Shown one piece after another: positions 9,901 through 23,383 of a stretch of 42,176 bases of DNA; the first letter of the stretch is position 1, and every line of letters starts with the position of its first letter. Source of the stretch: Reclinomonas americana ATCC 50394 (taxonomy: Eukaryota); contig PS015054.1 of NCBI GenBank assembly GCA_048213135.1, positions 443,812 through 485,987 on the forward strand, read 5' to 3'. A program made the translations under genes and the position numbers. The notes below the pieces were generated by a model that made no database searches, was not told the origin of the DNA, and saw only the letters and a list, made by a program, of their open reading frames with translations.

Positions 9901-11894
9901 CCGCACGACGAGCGTCACTCTCCAATACTGCGCCCGCCGTCGGACTTGTGCCGGGTGTGGTCGGCTTCCTCGAGGAGGAGAACGACGAAGTGAACACTGA
10001 CGAGGACATGACGGGCACGGCGCTCTCGTCAGAGGCCAGCCAGCCTGCGACCATGCCTGTCAATGTTGGCAGTCTGCCAGGATTCCGCTCCACAGGTTCC
10101 TTCGCCCTCGCTGCCGTTTGCTCGGTGCATCCGTGTTTCTCATTTTTTGGTTGCAGGTGGCGCACCGCCCACCATGGTGGTGACTCCACCAGGCTGGGGA
10201 AGTGGCGACACGGAAGGTGGCGTGGCCGACCTATCCTCCATTACCTACAACAATGGAGAGGATCGAGCCAAGTTGCGTGTACCTCCCTGTCCAGTGCGCT
10301 CGCGGCACGCTTTTCTCACTGGACGATGTGTCGATGGCAGCGCGTCGCACGTGTCGTCGTTTGCGTTTACGGAGGAGAGCACCATTGATGCGCACCCCTC
10401 TCTCGGCACGGACACAGGTGCCGCAGCCGGCAGTTCCACCGCTGGCGCAGGGTCGACTGCGGCCGCGCCCGGCGGCAGTTCCGGGCCATCACGACCGGGG
10501 TCAGCAAGCGGCCGCTCACAACCACCACGAAGCAAATTGGAGCGCGAGTTGCAGAGGCGCGAAGAGAAGGAACGCGAGCGCAGTTACGTCGGCGCGCTTC
10601 AGCGTGAAAGAAAGCTGTGTGGCAAGTGAGGCTAAATCTCAAGCATGCAGAGCTGGCTGAGCAACGACAACGTGAACTGGAGGAGCAGACGGACAGGCAG
10701 CGACAGCAAGCAGAAAAAGAGGAACGGCAGCGACAGGAGGAGCGTGAACGGCAACGACTGAAAGAGGAACGAGAGCGCCAAGAGCGGATAAGACGACAGG
10801 CCGAAGAAGAGGCGGAGCGGCGGAAACAGGCGGAGGCTGCGGAGCGCGAGGTCCGAATCGCCATTCATGCGTTTGTGTGGCGACCGAGAGTCTCACCCTC
10901 CATTCTTTCATGCAGCGGGAGGAGCGCGAACGCGAAAGGCGTCGCAAGGAGGAGCAAGAGGCGGAGGAGAAGAGGAAACGGGCCGAGGCAGAGCGTCTGC
11001 AGGTGTGTATTGTTTGTGTGTCTCTGTCTTTCTTTGCGATTATTGTTGTTGTTTTTGATTGCTCGGTTCATCGTCTCCAGCGAGAGGAAGAAGCGAGGGC
11101 ACGACGATTACGAGAGGCAGAAGAGGAGCAGCGACGCCGTGAGCGCGAAGCCGAAGAGCAGCGATTGGTTTGTGTGCTGCGTGACTGTGTCTCGTGGGCT
11201 TTGCAAGTCGCCTGCTCTAATTACCATTGATGCGTGCGCAGCAAGAGGAGCGTGCGGCACAGGAAGCCGCAGAACGAAAGCAGAAACTGGCGGAGAAGGC
11301 GCGGCAGGCACAGCGCGAGGCCGATGAGCGTGCTGCTGAGGAGCAGCGGCGGCGCGAAGAAATGCGCAAGAGTGGCATCTTGGAGAAGAAGAAGGTGCTG
11401 TTGACGGGCACATCACCGCAGCCCGTGCGTGCCTCCGGCGCGTCGTCTAGCAGTGCAACCAGTCAGCGGTCGACCAGCAACAGTGGCCGCAAGGTCAGCC
11501 AGCGCAGCGCGCACCGCCGTATGTAGTGTGTGTGACTGACAGTTTTTGGCGGTGCACACAGGTCTCCAACAGTGACATTCGTGAGGCGGCTGCACTTGCG
11601 GCGGCCAGCTCGTCTCGTGGGTCTTCTGTGTTCAGCAAATACGGTCGCCGGCCGACGTCGTCGACAACGAGAGCCACGGGGGGTGGTGGTGGTGCTGCGA
11701 GGTCGGTATCTTGTCACACCACGAAATGTGCATTCCGCCCCACTCTCATTTTTTCACATGCTGTGTGCAGTCGACGACCCTCGGTGCTTGCCAACGACAG
11801 CACGGAGAGTGATGCCACCGGCGGCGACGCTCACTCGCATTCGACCATGCAGTCGGGCGCCACCGATTTCTCGGCGGATGAGTTTGACTTTTGA
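6989..11894 (+). CDS. Kizuna-like centrosomal coiled-coil protein (multi-exon)
   Basis: N-terminus MTERWEQRRLELDHRL...AAARNQRLLSVF...QQLRAEKEKY resembles, from memory, the Kizuna N-terminal coiled coil. A central helical block reads EIWIRMVRHLQVV...LQAFASALVP...KILQFLEALVRQS, followed by long E/R/Q-rich coils and an acidic end SADEFDF*. Exon structure near 8580-8680 is uncertain. Confidence 0.55.
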
Positions 11895-12004
11895 GTGGAA
11901 CCAAAATTGTGTGTCTTTAATATTGCGGTGTTAAACAGGGTGGATAATACAAACTACAACAGCAACAATAGGGAAAATAACGCTTCTATGTTGAAACAGA
12001 CAGA

Positions 12005-15000
12005 TTACAAGCGAGCCGAGTCGGCTGGAGGGAAATAGATCATGGGAGAGAACGTGACATGCTCGGTGTCGTCGTCCATCGGCGGCGCAGTGGGTGCCAG
12101 CTGACGAGGATACAGGCGCGGACTAATGAGTTGCGTGGGACTGGGAGAGCGTGTGCGCGACTTGCTCGGCGAGGTGGACTCTGGTCGTGCACCGGCAACG
12201 GCTGGCACAGCCAAATGCGACCGCGGTGCAAAGGGAGGCGACGACGCTGCAGACGACAGCGACGATAGGGAAGGCGGCGGCCGTGTCGGGGATGCCGTGG
12301 TTCCGTTCGCATTTTGCTTGGCAGCATCGATTACGGTCGGCGCGCTCTCGCCGCTTTGCGACTGCACGAAACGAATGAGTGATACTGGCAAACATCCACT
12401 GCCATTGCACTACGTTGCATACCTGCGTGGCCGACGACGATTTCCCAGCCGGAGCACCTGGCATGTGCGGCGACTCGGACCCTCGAGAGCTACCGGTGCC
12501 TCGGGCAGCCAAGACCGCCGCAGCGGCCAGGCCCGGCAGAACGACCGGTGGCTTGCGTTCTTCGGGGGCGGTCGACGGACGCTTCTTGGGCGACAAGCCA
12601 GCCGTGACACCGGGACTTGCGTTCACTGCAAAGGGACGATAAGAGTGAGCAAGTGGCCAGTGCGTGCAAGATGTCGTGTAGCTACTGACAACGCACTTCG
12701 ATACTGCAGCAACAGGCCGATGCTCTGCACCGGTGACGCCGAGGCCGATCCGTGCGAATACTGCAGCGAATCGGCGTCGTCATCGTCACCGTCCTGCGTG
12801 GCCACCGACACATTGTCGCCGGACGATGTCGTAGTGGTGCCGGCTGACAGAGAACCGCGAGGCACCACCGGCACCGGGGCGGGCGACTGGGAATGAGCGG
12901 CAGGCTTGCCACCGCTGCCACCGACCCTTTCGGGGTGGCGCACTCGCGGTTGCGCGCTTAGTGGCCGATTGGCCGCAAACAGCAACGATGGCACGTGCAC
13001 CTCGCCACCTGGACGAGCACCACCTGACGACACATCATTCAGTGAGATAGTCTCGCAGTCGCACGCAATTGACACATCACATCACACAGACGCACCTGGC
13101 GAGCGAGTGGGCGGGGCAGTGGTTGGGCGGCGTCGCGAGGATCCGGAGCCGTTGCCAGCGTCTGGCACGGTGGTGATTTCTTCGCGTCCCTCCACCGACA
13201 CGGTGGTGGGAGACGAGCCTCCGTGACTTCCGGCGTCGTCGTGCACGTTGCTTGACGTGTCGATCGACTGTCCGCGTGAGCCGCTGCCGGCGGGCGGTGG
13301 CAGTGCACGCAATCGAGAATACTGTCGGACTCACACGTGTCAGGCACGGGAGAGGGAGCGAGGGAGAGGAAGTGGCATATTGCAAGCGGACGCAACAGAA
13401 ATGTCGGGCACCGCAGTGCCGCCGGCGACGGAGCCAATGAGCAAGCCGTGAAGTCGCTCCATGTCAAGCTCGCGTCGCGGCGTGCGCGGAGTGCGCGGTG
13501 TCTCCAGTGGCGTGGAGACGGCGGAAACCTCCGAGTCACCACCGTGGTCGGCCGCCCCAGTGGCACCCGACCCAGCCACACCCAGCCGATCCCACGTCGA
13601 CGACGCAGCCACCACCGGCAGTCCGTCTATGAGCGACGAGCGTCCGGCCACAGCGGCAATAACAGCCTCGTTGGCGGGACCCGCGGTGGCGCCACTCAGA
13701 ATAGCAGCGGCAGTGAGGCCTCCAGCAGCACCCGAGTTGATACCGCGACTCGTGGAGAGCAGAACACGGGAGAGACCACGTGCGTTTCCTTCCTCCATCA
13801 GACTCGACGGCGCCATTTCGGCCAAGTCGCCGGCGATCCGCGACACGAGATGCACGCGACGCACAAACTCGGCTGCAACTCGTGTGAGCACAATGGCCAG
13901 CGGAACACACAACACAGACACACGTCTATCAAGTCTGGCACGCAACTGGCGACAGCATCGTCAGCCTCGACCGGTGTCACCATGCAGGCGGGCGGATCTG
14001 CGAGCCACGTGAGAGACATGCTACACGATGCATGTTCCAATGGAGGGGGACACAAACACGTACCGCGCGTTGTTGCGACACAGCGGCGATAGTTTTGCAG
14101 AGAGCGCATGCGCACATTGGCCAGTGGGGCCAGCCGGTGACGATGGCGGTACTCCCAATACGCATCGGAAATCACCCGCACAGCATGCTTGTGGCGCGTG
14201 TGCACCTCCACGGTGTGCGTCAGCAGCACATCGAGTTCGCCCAGTTGAGCGTCCAGTCGCTTGTGCAACATGACACCTTCGCGAACCATGCGTTCCACAA
14301 ACATGATTTGGCGGACGTGCTGCTGGATCACTGCGGCGGCTCGATGGCGGCGGCCAAGATGGCTGCGGTACTGCCGCTGAATCGCACGTGCCGCAGTAGA
14401 ACGGCGCAGCTCGCCCAGCTGTTGTGTGTTGTAGACAGTGGTGAGTTGCCGACGCGAGTGATGAGTGCACACAAGCCAAGAGCAGAGAGACGCACCCGAG
14501 AATCGCGTGCACGGTGTTGTCGATCGAGGTGGTGACGGAAGCTGCGCTGGATGCTGGTGGCAGCCTCGTTACGCATGGCGTGGTGCCCTGTTCGCACACA
14601 GGTGGGTAGCCTGTCGGAGAGAAGACAATACACAAGAAGCGCGGCAAACGCACCACGCCAAGTCGTCTGGATGACACGCGCGGCGGCATGCTGCACACGT
14701 CGGTCGCCGAGTGTCCGCAGGAAGCGTCGAATGTTGCGCTGCAGCAGCGAGGCAGCAGCCCTCGATCGCACAAAGCGCTTCCTTTCCACGTAGGCTGTCG
14801 CATTTGCTCGATGAGCACAACACGCACCACTGTCGCAAACACAAACAAGCTGCTGCAAACCTCGTGCTTGATGCTGAATCACACGCGCTGCGGCCGTCCA
14901 CTCATCGAACAACTCGTCGCTCGGGTACCGCGCGCATTCTCGTGGCAGCGAGAAACGCGGGTGGTGTGCCGACTACAGTACCGGTGATGAGTCCAACTGC

Positions 15001-18000
15001 GACGAACACACACATGTCGGAAAAACAACAGAGCACACGTAACTCGCATGCGCCGAGGAAGCTCGGAGCCGGCATGCGGGCCGCACTGTTCCGGGCCAAG
15101 CTCATCGAGACCGCACAAGAAGAGGGCACGCGGAATGACACGATAGTGCACGAGGTGATGGGCCACCCGCTGCGGCGCCTCTCGTCGTTCCTTGGCGAGA
15201 TCCAACATGCGGTAGATGAAACTGCAAATCGCCTCCTGCGTCAGCCATCACAGCAGCTCATGGAAAAGGGCGAAGCAACGCACCGACGAATGCGATTGTA
15301 GGCTCGCGCGACAGCATACAAGCGTCGACCTTGCTGGCGAGACTTCCAAGCACACTGGATTCGCCGAGCAGCAGCATGGCGTCGGGCCAGTCGACGACGG
15401 TCGAGGAAGCCTCGGATGGTGCGCTGAAGCGTGAGGCCCGCAACTGTGCGCGATCACCAGTCAGACGGTGGGAAACACGCGTGCCATGGAAACAATCACA
15501 AAGTCAACTGATGTCGTCGTACCTGCGCGGTGGCGTAGCCGTGCTTCGCGCAACCAGCGGCGGATGGCGCGCTGCACACGAATGAGTGCCTCGCGACGGG
15601 AGCGCGCCTCTGTGCGTCCCACGTGACCCAGCCAGCAGGCTTGCAGGCGCGTGGCGGACTTGTGCGCGGTCTCCAGTTGCGCACGAGTACGCACACCCCG
15701 GAAACGCGCTTGCCCGTGTACCAGCGACCGCTGCAAGCGCGGATTGTGCGCCAAGCGGATGAGCGGATCGGTGGCTCGAACGCGGCACGCTCGCCACCAT
15801 CTCTGAATCAAGCGCGTGGCTCGTCGCAACCGCTGATACGATCGCGACGCGGCGGCTGATCGCAGCGTGCGCTTGATGCGATTGGCAGCCTCGTGACGGC
15901 GTGCCACTCGCCGTCGGTGCACAAAGCCGCGCACCACCCGCTGTATCGTACGAATAGCACCCACGTGCTGCAAGTACGAGCTGCGCTGCTTCCATCCACG
16001 CCAAGTCGCCTGAATCCACGACACTCGTCGATGCTGTCGTGGTCAACAAAATCAGTACCAAACTCGACACACGCACATGATAGCAGGCGCACGTATGCGT
16101 ACGCACCAGACGATGACGCAGGAATGTACGAATAGCGCGCTGCACGGTGAGCACTGCACGAGCGACTCGAGCCAGGCGCTTCTTGTGTTGCGCCACGTCG
16201 TGTCGACCACGCCACCATCGCTGCAGCAGTGCCGCACCACGACGCTGCTCTGCCAGTGCACGTCGAACTCGTACACCAACAAACCTACGCGACACGGGGG
16301 AATACAGTGCATGAGATTGCAGTGCGAAGAAGAAGAAGAAGAAGGAGAACGTACCAGCTCTGCAGTCGCAACACCGCCATGTGCGTCTTGGCGACGCTGG
16401 CACGCACACGAAGACCGCGGAACCAGGCCTGCAAGCAGGTAGCTGCGGTCGACTGCGCACGCAAGCGACGCCGCTCGCGAATGACGGCGACAAATCCAGC
16501 AAGTACACGCTTGGCCAGCAAGAGGGAGCGCACGCCGTGGCGCACTCGGCGAGCGGAGAACGCGTGCTGGATGCGTCGAGCACTGGCGTGCTGCTTGGCC
16601 AGACGGCGGCGCTGTGCGAGGAAGCAGGTGTGAATGGAACAACAGGCGCACATGCTTCTCCGAGGGAGCAGTAACCCACGAACCTGCAGATGACCGCGCA
16701 CTGCTGCTTGGATCTTGGTGGTTGCCTCCTGCGTCTTGGCCAGTCGGCGCTGTCGCAACCAGCGACGAGCGGCACTCTGCAGCACACGAGCAGCGTGGCG
16801 ACGATGCTTGCGCTTTCGAACCTCGCGACGAGCACTGCAGCAACAAAAAACAACAAGGATGAATGCCACTTGTAGTGGGCATAAGAGAAGGTGATCTGTG
16901 TGCCACATACCGGTAGTACTGCTGGATGCGTGATGCAGACTCGTTGCGGTGCTTCAGATGGCAGCGTGTAAGGAAGGCGCGCACGAGACCTTGCAGGCGG
17001 ATGAGACGTGGAATGTTGATCACCCGGCCAACTGCGAACGCAGGAGCAAGTGAGACGATGACTGCCTGGAGCATGAGTGTTTTTGGGAACAACGCAACAG
17101 GCGTAGAGCAGATGCTGGGAGCGACGGAGCGCTTCGTTTGCTTGCGCAACGGACGCCTCGTACCGCAGTCTCCTGACCTCCTGGCGAGCCGCCATGCCAC
17201 TGACGAAAACGAGACTGAAGGTGAACATGCAGTGGTATTTCTGGAGAAGAATAAACACACACACACACACCGTGCGCCCGCACAGATCCGACTGGCCTTG
17301 GCCGCACGCCGCTGCTGCCGCCGACGACTGAGGAAGCCGCGCAGCACTCGCTGGATTTGCACCACAGCCTTGGCGGCAACAGCCTGTCGTCGCCGCTGCA
17401 GGTGTCCTCTGCGATTGTGGTGGAGGGCGGTCAATTTCACAGCACAGCATACGTGGCGCGTTGCACTCCACGGTATCCCCCTAACGAACCGTACGCCGGC
17501 TTGAATTCGCGATGCCGCCTTGTTGCGCACCATTTGACGACGGGTGATGAGTGTGGCGCGCCACCACTTTTGCACCTTTCGCAGCGCAGCTGAAAGCGTC
17601 ACAAAGCGCTTGCGCTGTTGCTTTCTGCGCACCAGCGACTGGCAGCACACCAGACTCTTGTTGAGAGCCTGCGTCATAACACAGATTATACAGAGGTCAG
17701 ATGGAATCCATGAAAAAGCGTGCACGACGATGCATGTACCTCCAAGCGGCGTTGCTGCAGAACGCTCAGATACCAGCGAGCCACGCGTCGCGCAGCATCT
17801 CGCTGGCGCACAAATGACAGTCGCTGGAAGCGGCCACGCAGCCAGTGCTGGAGCACAGTGCAGGCCGTGCGCTGTCGACGGAGAACGCGGCCCTCGTGCA
17901 GCCAGTACTTGAAGAAGCTGACACGCACACGCACATACAAGAGATTTTAGTGGAAAGATACAACAGCATGAAGTGTGTTTGTGGCGGTACACACCGTTGG

Positions 18001-20932
18001 AAGCCTTTGAGAACGCGCATCTCCTCCCGGAAGTGAGCGCGCGCGACATTGCCGCGATAGAGGGCTTGCACCAGTGCGATTGAGCGCTTCTCCTTCGGCA
18101 CCACGATGCGGCGAACGTAGAAACCACGCATGACACGCTGAATGGTGAGGCACGATGACTTTTTCTTTCGCCACCGCAGTCGCTCCAGCGCACCACGCCA
18201 GTATCGCTGAATGTACGTGGCCACTGCCAGCCAAAAAATAAATAAAATAAGGACAGCCGTGTCAGCAGCGTGCCACACCTGCCCACACAACACAGTGCGA
18301 CGACTCACCAGCGTTGACATAGGGCATGACAAAGCGCGCCAGCACCTCCTCCCACGAATGCTTGCGCCACAAGCGCAGCACTCCAGCCAGAGTCTCATCG
18401 GCAGGCTCCACAAAGCGCGCCTCGCCAAGCACCTCGCGCAGTTGCACGGGTTCGTTGCGGTAGATGCCATCAAAGCGTGTCTGTTGATGAAGCATGTGAG
18501 CCAAACTGGCAAGACAATCACAATACAAGACCCGCCAAACATACGCACCCTCTGCGTCGGCAGCGGCACATTGATGAGGCGCATGGGCAAATTGTGCACG
18601 GCGTGCACATGCGACTGTGGATGGAGGAATCTGGCGACAAACTCCTTGCTCACATGCCCCCTGTCTGGTGCCCCGTCATTCAGCTTGGCCATCTCCAGTG
18701 CCTCGGCGCGCTGCTTGGCCTGTTGCACATGCAGCGCACGGCGGCGCTCCTCGCTCGTCAGGAACGGATTGATGGGAGGCGAGCTGGTGCTGCGTCTGCT
18801 TGGTCCGCCAGACTGCGGACGCTGTGCGGGCGCCGCCACCAGTGTCGGCAAGTCGGCAGCCAGACGGCCCTCCTCTGCACGGTACCGATGGAATTCGACC
18901 TCGTTCTCGTAGTGAATCCACTCCGCTGTGTGTGTGTGCGCGTCGATGTGAGACACAACCAAAGTAAACCTAACAAAAGTGCACAAACCCTCCAGTGCGC
19001 CGTGGGCCATGACCTGCTGGCTCGCCACCGACGACGAGTCGTCGGATGACGCGTCCGACTGACTGGCCACGCTACCGGCGAGGCTGGCGGGCGTCCCAGG
19101 TCGAACACGCACCGGCGACAGTGATCGGTGCTGCCGTGCTGATGAAGGTGGAGGTGGACTGCGAGACCGTGCACTGTGTCGCGGAGACGGCGATTGGCGA
19201 CCACTGAGTGGCTTTCGTCGCCGCCGCCGACGGACGGCTGCGGTGAGCACCTCGGGACACAGGCGGTGCACGGCAGAGGCTACCACTTGCACAAACACCG
19301 GCACCGACTCGACGGCAATGACGGCGCCTCCCGTCCGCAAAAATGGACCCTGTCGCACTTATTGTCAGCGAAAAAGACAATCATCGCGATAAAGACACTA
19401 TCCGCGCAACATTGTTGGCAAACTGGAACGAACGGAACATGCGCTCGGCGAGTGCACCGGTCAAAAAGTCAGACATGTGAGCCTTGGAGGCCTCCGCCTG
19501 CGCAGATCACATAGAGCAGTCAGTACGCGGCACTCTCAGCAAAATTCAACAACAAACACAGACAGACCACTTCGATTTCGGCGTTGCGAACAGTGCCTGG
19601 CGGCACCCCCACGGCGCGCACCAACACTGGCGGGTCGGCGGCGAAAGCTGGTTGCGGCACCACACTTCCCTCTCCGCACAATGAATGCAGATCCTGCACC
19701 GGGAAAAAAGAGAGTTAGTGACCAGCAGTGCCCCACACTCGCCTTCAAAAAAAACCACACACCTTGGCGATGCGCGAGGCAATGTAGGTGGCCTTGGAGT
19801 GCATGTCGTGTGCATGCGCCGTGACACCTCGCGACAACTCCTCCATGGAAATGGCGTGATAGCACAGCGAGATGCTGGCAAAGCAACTGACCAGGAGACG
19901 ACGGCGATCGGTGGGTCGACGTGGCGGCGGTGACCGTGGTCTCACTGGCGACAGATTGTACGGCGGAGTCTGCGGAATGCCCTCGGTGGAGTACGTGATG
20001 CCGGCCTCGGACTCCCACGGCATGAGATAGCCAGGCGGGTACGACGTGAGCTGATTGTGCACTGGCGTCACAGCCGCCTCGTAAAACGAGTGCGGGAAGC
20101 GAGGATGGGCCGTCGATGGCTGGACAACAAAACACACAAAGTGTGAGATAATTTCGGTCCCAGCAGAAGGTGGCCGATCGCATCGGACGCAACATCGGTG
20201 CACAGGTCGCATTGCACCTCCAGATCAGCAATGCCCTCCAGGAGGCGATTAACGTCACTCTCCACACGCGGGTCCAGACGCCACACGGCAAGCAAGTGGT
20301 CCTTTTCCATTGTCGGCTGCACGAGAGACAGCAGTGAGAAGACGGCAGTAGAACACAACAGATAGCAGGTGCTGTGTGCTCCGCAGCGCACCTCTTCATC
20401 CGCATCGGCCTCGCCAAACGGACGGTACATGATCTTGAACAGCTTCTCCAGCAGCACGTACAGAGCACACTGGAAGTAGAAGCCTGCCAGCTCCGGCAAA
20501 TGTCGCTGCGAGAACACCGCACCAATGTTCAAGTACGAGCGCGGCAGCAAGTCGACCAGACGCGTCCGCAGCTCCACACCCAGTGCGCGCTGTGCCGAGC
20601 GCAACGCCTGCGACAAATCGCCGCGACTGCGCTCCAAGCAGCACAGCGAGTTGAGGGTCATGCCGCGGAGGAAGCGCCGACGGCGCAAGCGAATCCAGTT
20701 CGGCTCAGTCAGCGCGTCCGCAATCCGCAACACCGACGCCGCCCTCTCGTACAGCCCCGCGCCGATGAAGCGCAAGGCGTGCGTGTTGCAGGCCAACACA
20801 ACCTGCTCGCACAGAAAGATCACGTGCTGGTGCATGGGACCAAACACCTTTTGCTTCATGATCACGCGCGATTCGAGCTCCCGAATGATCTGCATGCTCT
20901 CCAGCTGGCGAGGACCACAAGTCGAGGGTGAG

Positions 20933-20980
<48 letters not shown>

Positions 20981-23041
20981 GCACAGGCATGCATGCTATC
21001 ATCGGCGCACGACTCACCTCGTTGATTGATGGTGACGCGAGCAGGTCTAGCAGCACCGTGTCGTGAATCTGCATCTTGCGCAGCGGCGTCCACGCTCGTC
21101 GCATCAGCTCCTCCTGATCCTCGCGAGAGCGCGGCGACGTGTAGAAAAAGCTCGATGAAATTGGACGTCGCATCCGCGCCGACGATTGCTTCGGTCGCGT
21201 AAATGTGGCACTGGCAGCACGAGGCGGCATGTCGGAGTGATTGCCAACCGACGAGCGCACAGTTAGCACACCATCATCTGCAAGATGACGAGGGTGGAGT
21301 AGAGTGAGTGACGGCGCAAGACCGCGGATCACGCAGTGGTGTGGTATTACCTTGCGAGCGGCCGCTCTGCAACGCCGTTGGCGACAATGGTCGTTCCAAA
21401 TCCACACTGGCCCGCCCAGACGCAGCCGCGGTCGTGGTGGCCGTGGAGGACTTTCTGCGGAACTTGCGTGCACGCGTTACCATGCCACCGACACCCTTGA
21501 ACGACATGGTGTACAGCGACTGCGCCGCCGAGTGTGTGGACGAGGAGGCCATGTTAAGACGCGACGCCACCTTATCCTTGAGAACCTGCACGGCGCTGGC
21601 TTGCTCCACACGCGTCATCTTTTGCAGCTGTGAGGCACTGAGCCGCTCCACATTCGACAACACAGGCCCCAATGGTGGCACCACCACTGCAGGTGCCGAT
21701 CGCCCGCGGCCATTCACGCCGTTGCTGCCGTTTCCGTGGTGGTGGTGGTCGTCATCGTCGTCATCGGAGCTGCTAAAGAAGAAACCCTCGTCGCCGACTG
21801 TGGACATGAAGGCCTCGTCGCCATCTCCATCGTGATCGATTGACAGCAGCACTTCAGTTGGCTCCGACGGCGGCTGCGGCGGCGAGCCAAACGCCTGCAC
21901 GGCAACACGTGGTGGCGGCTCCGTTGCAGCCGCACGCGCACTGCGATCCTCTCCGGGTCCCTGCACGTGCAAGGATTAGCAACGGTGCAGAAAACACGCA
22001 CCAAAAAAAACGACACACACAAAGACACACCTGGAAGCGGAACCGGCGAAACGCTGTCGTCACACCGTCGGGACTCTTTGGTCTCAGCGAGCTGTCGGTG
22101 GCCGACGCCGACAACGCCGCCACTCCACCGTTCGTCTTGGACGCACTCTTCCTCCGCCGCGTCTGCGGCGCCGACTTGGGCGGCGCAGGTTGGTGCTTCG
22201 GCATCGGCGGCGTCTTGGACCGACGATGCAGGAGCTCCTGCACACGCCGACTGGGCGAGAATCTCTGCCGCGCAAACGCGCCATCCACATCATCGCCGTC
22301 GTAGTCCGCCTCACCCCCACGAAATCCCTTGCGCGCTGGCGGCGGCGGCGGTGGCGGCTGCCAATGCTGCTGCACGACCCGCTTGGTCGCCTGCGATCGC
22401 AGCGCCGGCGAACTGCGCGGCCGCCCACCCGTGGTATGAATGCCTCCCGGAAACACCGGCGCATGCTTACGCTGTTTCGGCGGCGACGACTGTTGCGTCG
22501 GCGGCTGCGGCCGAATCGCCGCCGGCGCACCGGCATTGAGCCGCCTAAAGTTCTTGGCCGGCGAGCTCGAGTAGTTGAGCGCCGAATGCAACCGTCGCTG
22601 CAGCGACGACAGCGATAGCGCCGCCGCCGGGATCACCTCTTCCACTGGCGACACTGACAGCGCCTGCTGCGGCTGTGGCACTGGCGGCGGTGGCGGCGGC
22701 GACTTGGACGCCATGCGCGTCGCCAACAGCGGCTTTCTGCTCGACGGAAACGACAGGCGCGGCAGTGGCGACGCCGACGACGATGACGGTGGCGGCGACC
22801 ACGACTGTCGCTGCTGCTGCTGCTGCTCTGCACGATCCGCCTGCCTACAAAAGTCGTCGAGATCCACTGGCCCGTCCACCAACTGATCCTGGTCTCTCAG
22901 CTGCGCCGGTGATAGCTGCGGCAGCTGAAGCCCCGATGCCGACGCAGATGACGTGCCGTTCCCATTGCTGTGTCGGAACCGATTGCTGCGCGTGCTCCCT
23001 GCTGCAGGTGCCGAAGGCGGTGCGGGCGCGGGTGCACTCAT
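12005..23041 (-). CDS. Large multi-exon protein: low-complexity N-terminus, TPR-like block, long IQ calmodulin-binding repeat array, Ser/Pro-rich tail
   Basis: TPR-like segment near 20900-20450 (GMTLNSLCCLERSRGDLSQALRSAQRAL, SYLNIGAVFSQ). Many IQxxxRG motifs from about 18230 to 14150 (YIQRYWRG, TIQRVMRG, QIQRVLRG, KIQAAVRG, WIQATWRG, TIQRVVRG). The exons checked from 21700 to 19300 join in frame at GT-AG sites. It could still be more than one gene. Confidence 0.7.
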
Positions 23042-23383
23042 GCCTCTCTCTGTGTGAGTGGGTGAGTGAGTGCGACTTGCGATGAAAAATGTCCGAGCTG
23101 CGGGAAACGGAGCAACCACCACCGACACTCACTCACACACACACACGCACTCTCTGACACACGCTCACTCACACCCGCATGCACAGAGAAAGACGCACCG
23201 TGCGACTGTCGTTGCTCCTCTCACTCAGCACGCACACGGGAGATGAGAGACTTGCGCTTTTTGTTGTTGTTGTGTTGTTGGTTTGCGGGACAAATATTTC
23301 CGGTCGGCTCCATCGGTCCGTTCAGGCCGTGGAATATTGGTTGCCCGTTTCGTCTTTTGACAACTTCGCGTTTGCCACCAAAC

